A stretch of 64,000 nt of DNA from Okamejei kenojei (lineage: Eukaryota). The DNA lies in assembly GCA_035221665.1 (NCBI GenBank), contig CM069134.1, forward strand, positions 80,538,001 through 80,602,000, written 5' to 3'. Both the position numbers and the translations under genes were made by a program. This document shows positions 61,842 to 64,000 of this stretch, piece by piece. Within the stretch, counting starts at the first letter, position 1, and each line of letters opens with the position of its first letter. The notes beneath the pieces are model-generated. The model was not told the origin of the DNA. It searched no databases and saw only the letters and a list, made by a program, of their open reading frames with translations.

Positions 61842-62949
61842 ACGCTTGTCAGCCAGGCGACTAAGATGCCGGCCCGTGTTTTATCTCCCAGTCGCCACCC
61901 CGCTCCGTCGAGTGTGCAGGGACAGCGCAAAAAAAAACGCTTGGTGATTAAAATGGTCAATGATGCACGGAGAATGTTGGAGAGAGTTCATAGAGTTCAC
62001 AGTTCTCATTCAACAAGCTAAACGTTTCCATTTGGTGCGATGATGATGTGCTGCCTCTCATTTACTATTCCTGGCCGCCGCAACGTTAAATGCCCACTCC
62101 GGATCTCTCCTCCCCCTCACCCATCACATGGCCAGCGGAGGCATTAAACCAGGCTGCTTGCAGGCAGCGAGCGGCGAGGAATCGTATTTTGATCGTGAGG
62201 TGGAGACTCAAGGTCTCATCCAAGTTCCTGACCCATTCTCAAGAGGTCAACCTGTCCGCTCTCCTCGCCACCCACTGGGTTTTAGCTCCAGGTTGTGTCC
62301 TGCTCGCGTTAACAACAATTGCACGCTCTTGCTTATTCAGAATGTATCTACCTACAGCCTTTAATTTGTTTGAAAGAATTGACTTTACTTCGTCACCAGA
62401 CCCACCGCCCTTTTGTGCTTGGAGTTCTCCAATTGACCTTCCGGTGGATTCATCTAGAGGAGCAATGGGCATCGGGCCATGTCCGTAGAATAATCCCTCC
62501 CCCCTCCCTCCCTATTTTTAAACAATCCGCTTATGTGATATATTTACCCACCATTATGCCACAGTTTTCTATTATTTTCCCACAGAACCACTTCACACAC
62601 ATTAGCAGCAGGAGTATAGACCACTCGACCCTTCATTACCTAACCCCCCCACTTCAGTATGTCATCTTATGCTGGACGTATAATCCTCTCTGTCCCATTT
62701 TCTACCCCCCCCCCACTCCTTGAAATTTCATTATCTTGATCGATTGGCATGGTGATCCATGGGTGACGGTTCGGGATTTTGGGAACCTCACAGTCTCTCG
62801 GAGTCCCAAGTCCATGTTCCTTGAAGTGGAGTCGTAGAAGATAAGGTGGTCAAAAAGACTTTCTCCATTCCTATCTCATGCCTATGAGTATTTTAGGAGA
62901 ATCATTTTGCATTTCTAAACATCAAATATTTTATATCACGTTGGTTCAG

Positions 62950-64000
62950 TAGGGCACAAGTCGGAAATGTCTTGAAAGGGTGCTTTTTATTAGAGGTTCT
63001 GGGTCTCCGGATCTTATAAAGCCCTAGGATTTTGTGGGAGCTGAGCGAGGTTTTGAGTTGGTGGCCAGGTGGGTGAGTGAGGAGGAAGGATTTAATACAG
63101 TGAGTTGATGGGGGGGGGAGTTGTGGGTGGATGTGGCGATGTCTAACAAAGGTAGGCAGACTGCCGACTGGTCCTTGACACGAGTGAGATGTTAAAGTGG
63201 TGAGGCCTCTGGGGGACTGACTGTGGAGAGGAGAAGCGGCGGGCAGACGGGGGACAAGAGTCTAATCAGGGAGGAGTGCCCTGGTGCATGAAACAGTTCC
63301 CTTGATGGGGTGGGATGTCCGTCGCTTAGGTATAGGATTAAGGAAAAGGTGGAGGGACGTCTAACAAAGAACTTTTTGGAAGCGCATTGGACAGAGGAGT
63401 CAGATCAGAGATTGGAGTGCTGAGAGTAGGGAAGGTTTCTAGAGGGTAGAGGGGATTTTGAGATGTGATGGATGAGAAGACGTGAGAGAGGGGGCCCGAG
63501 TTTTCTTGGGTGAGAAGGGGAAGAGTGAGACAGTTGAGTATAGAAAACAAGGAGGAGTGTAGTGTGAATGAACCGTAGTATAGTTTTACAAGTAAAGAGT
63601 TGTAGTAGTAGAGTGTTGACAGTAAGATTAGGGGCTGAGGCACCAAGAAGAATTTTTGAGGAAAATCGCACAGGGGGATTGTCAAGCTTGAGGGGGTGCT
63701 AAAGGAGGAAAGTGATAGGGTTGGGTGGGGGAAGGGAGGGGGGAAGCAGTGAAGGATTTAGATGTCGATGATAGTTTGGGGAAAGAGTCATAGGAGACAG
63801 AGGCTGGAGGGAGGAGTAGAAAAGGTTAAGGAGAGTAGGCCCGCTGGAGTCTCTAAGAAGTGAGGAGAAGAGTTATTGGAGCTTTGTGGTGAAGCTGTAG
63901 CGGGGGGAGTGAGGAGGAAAAAAAGCGTGAGAGAGAGGTCTGAGTAGGAGTAAAGCGTGAATAGGAAGAATCATGAAGTAGTGAATGGATATAGGGAAGA
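62950..64000 (-). mobile_element. Possible highly degraded Penelope-like reverse transcriptase region
   Basis: Weak resemblance of - strand peptides (TVNTLLLQL..., NSGPLSHVF...) to PLE RT segments; the sequence is very noisy. Confidence 0.35.

Noticed and set aside
1-64000. CRISPR arrays, rRNA genes, prokaryotic operons
   Set aside because: None seen; the window is intron-containing vertebrate DNA.

Overview
Vertebrate genomic DNA, inferred to be from a cartilaginous fish (probably a skate or ray), judged from the repeat families and the TCR sequence style. The + strand carries STARD3NL (MENTHO), with 7 coding exons at 10596-22592 encoding 231 aa. The - strand carries, convergently, the 3' part of a translocon-type T-cell receptor gamma locus. 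It has one three-exon C gene (39603-43662), three J segments with 12-RSS (two canonical, one with FRFG instead of FGXG), a proximal V with a clean 23-RSS but frameshifts (55642-56145) and a second, heavily garbled V (about 61256-61782). Sequence quality appears to fall after about 55.7 kb. The rest is repeat-rich: CR1, L2 and Rex-type LINEs, an Ingi/Vingi-like LINE end, Penelope-like pieces with minimal hammerhead motifs, tRNA-derived SINEs and MITEs. The most unusual structure is a 3.68-kb non-autonomous TIR element (6348-10026, 13-bp TIRs, exact 7-bp TSD). It carries a TDP2-like exon 1 with its splice donor plus a second partial copy, making it a Pack-TIR-like gene capture upstream of the first STARD3NL coding exon. 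Two candidate TCRgamma enhancer motif clusters lie 3' of Cgamma. All homology calls are by eye from remembered family sequences; no database searches were run.
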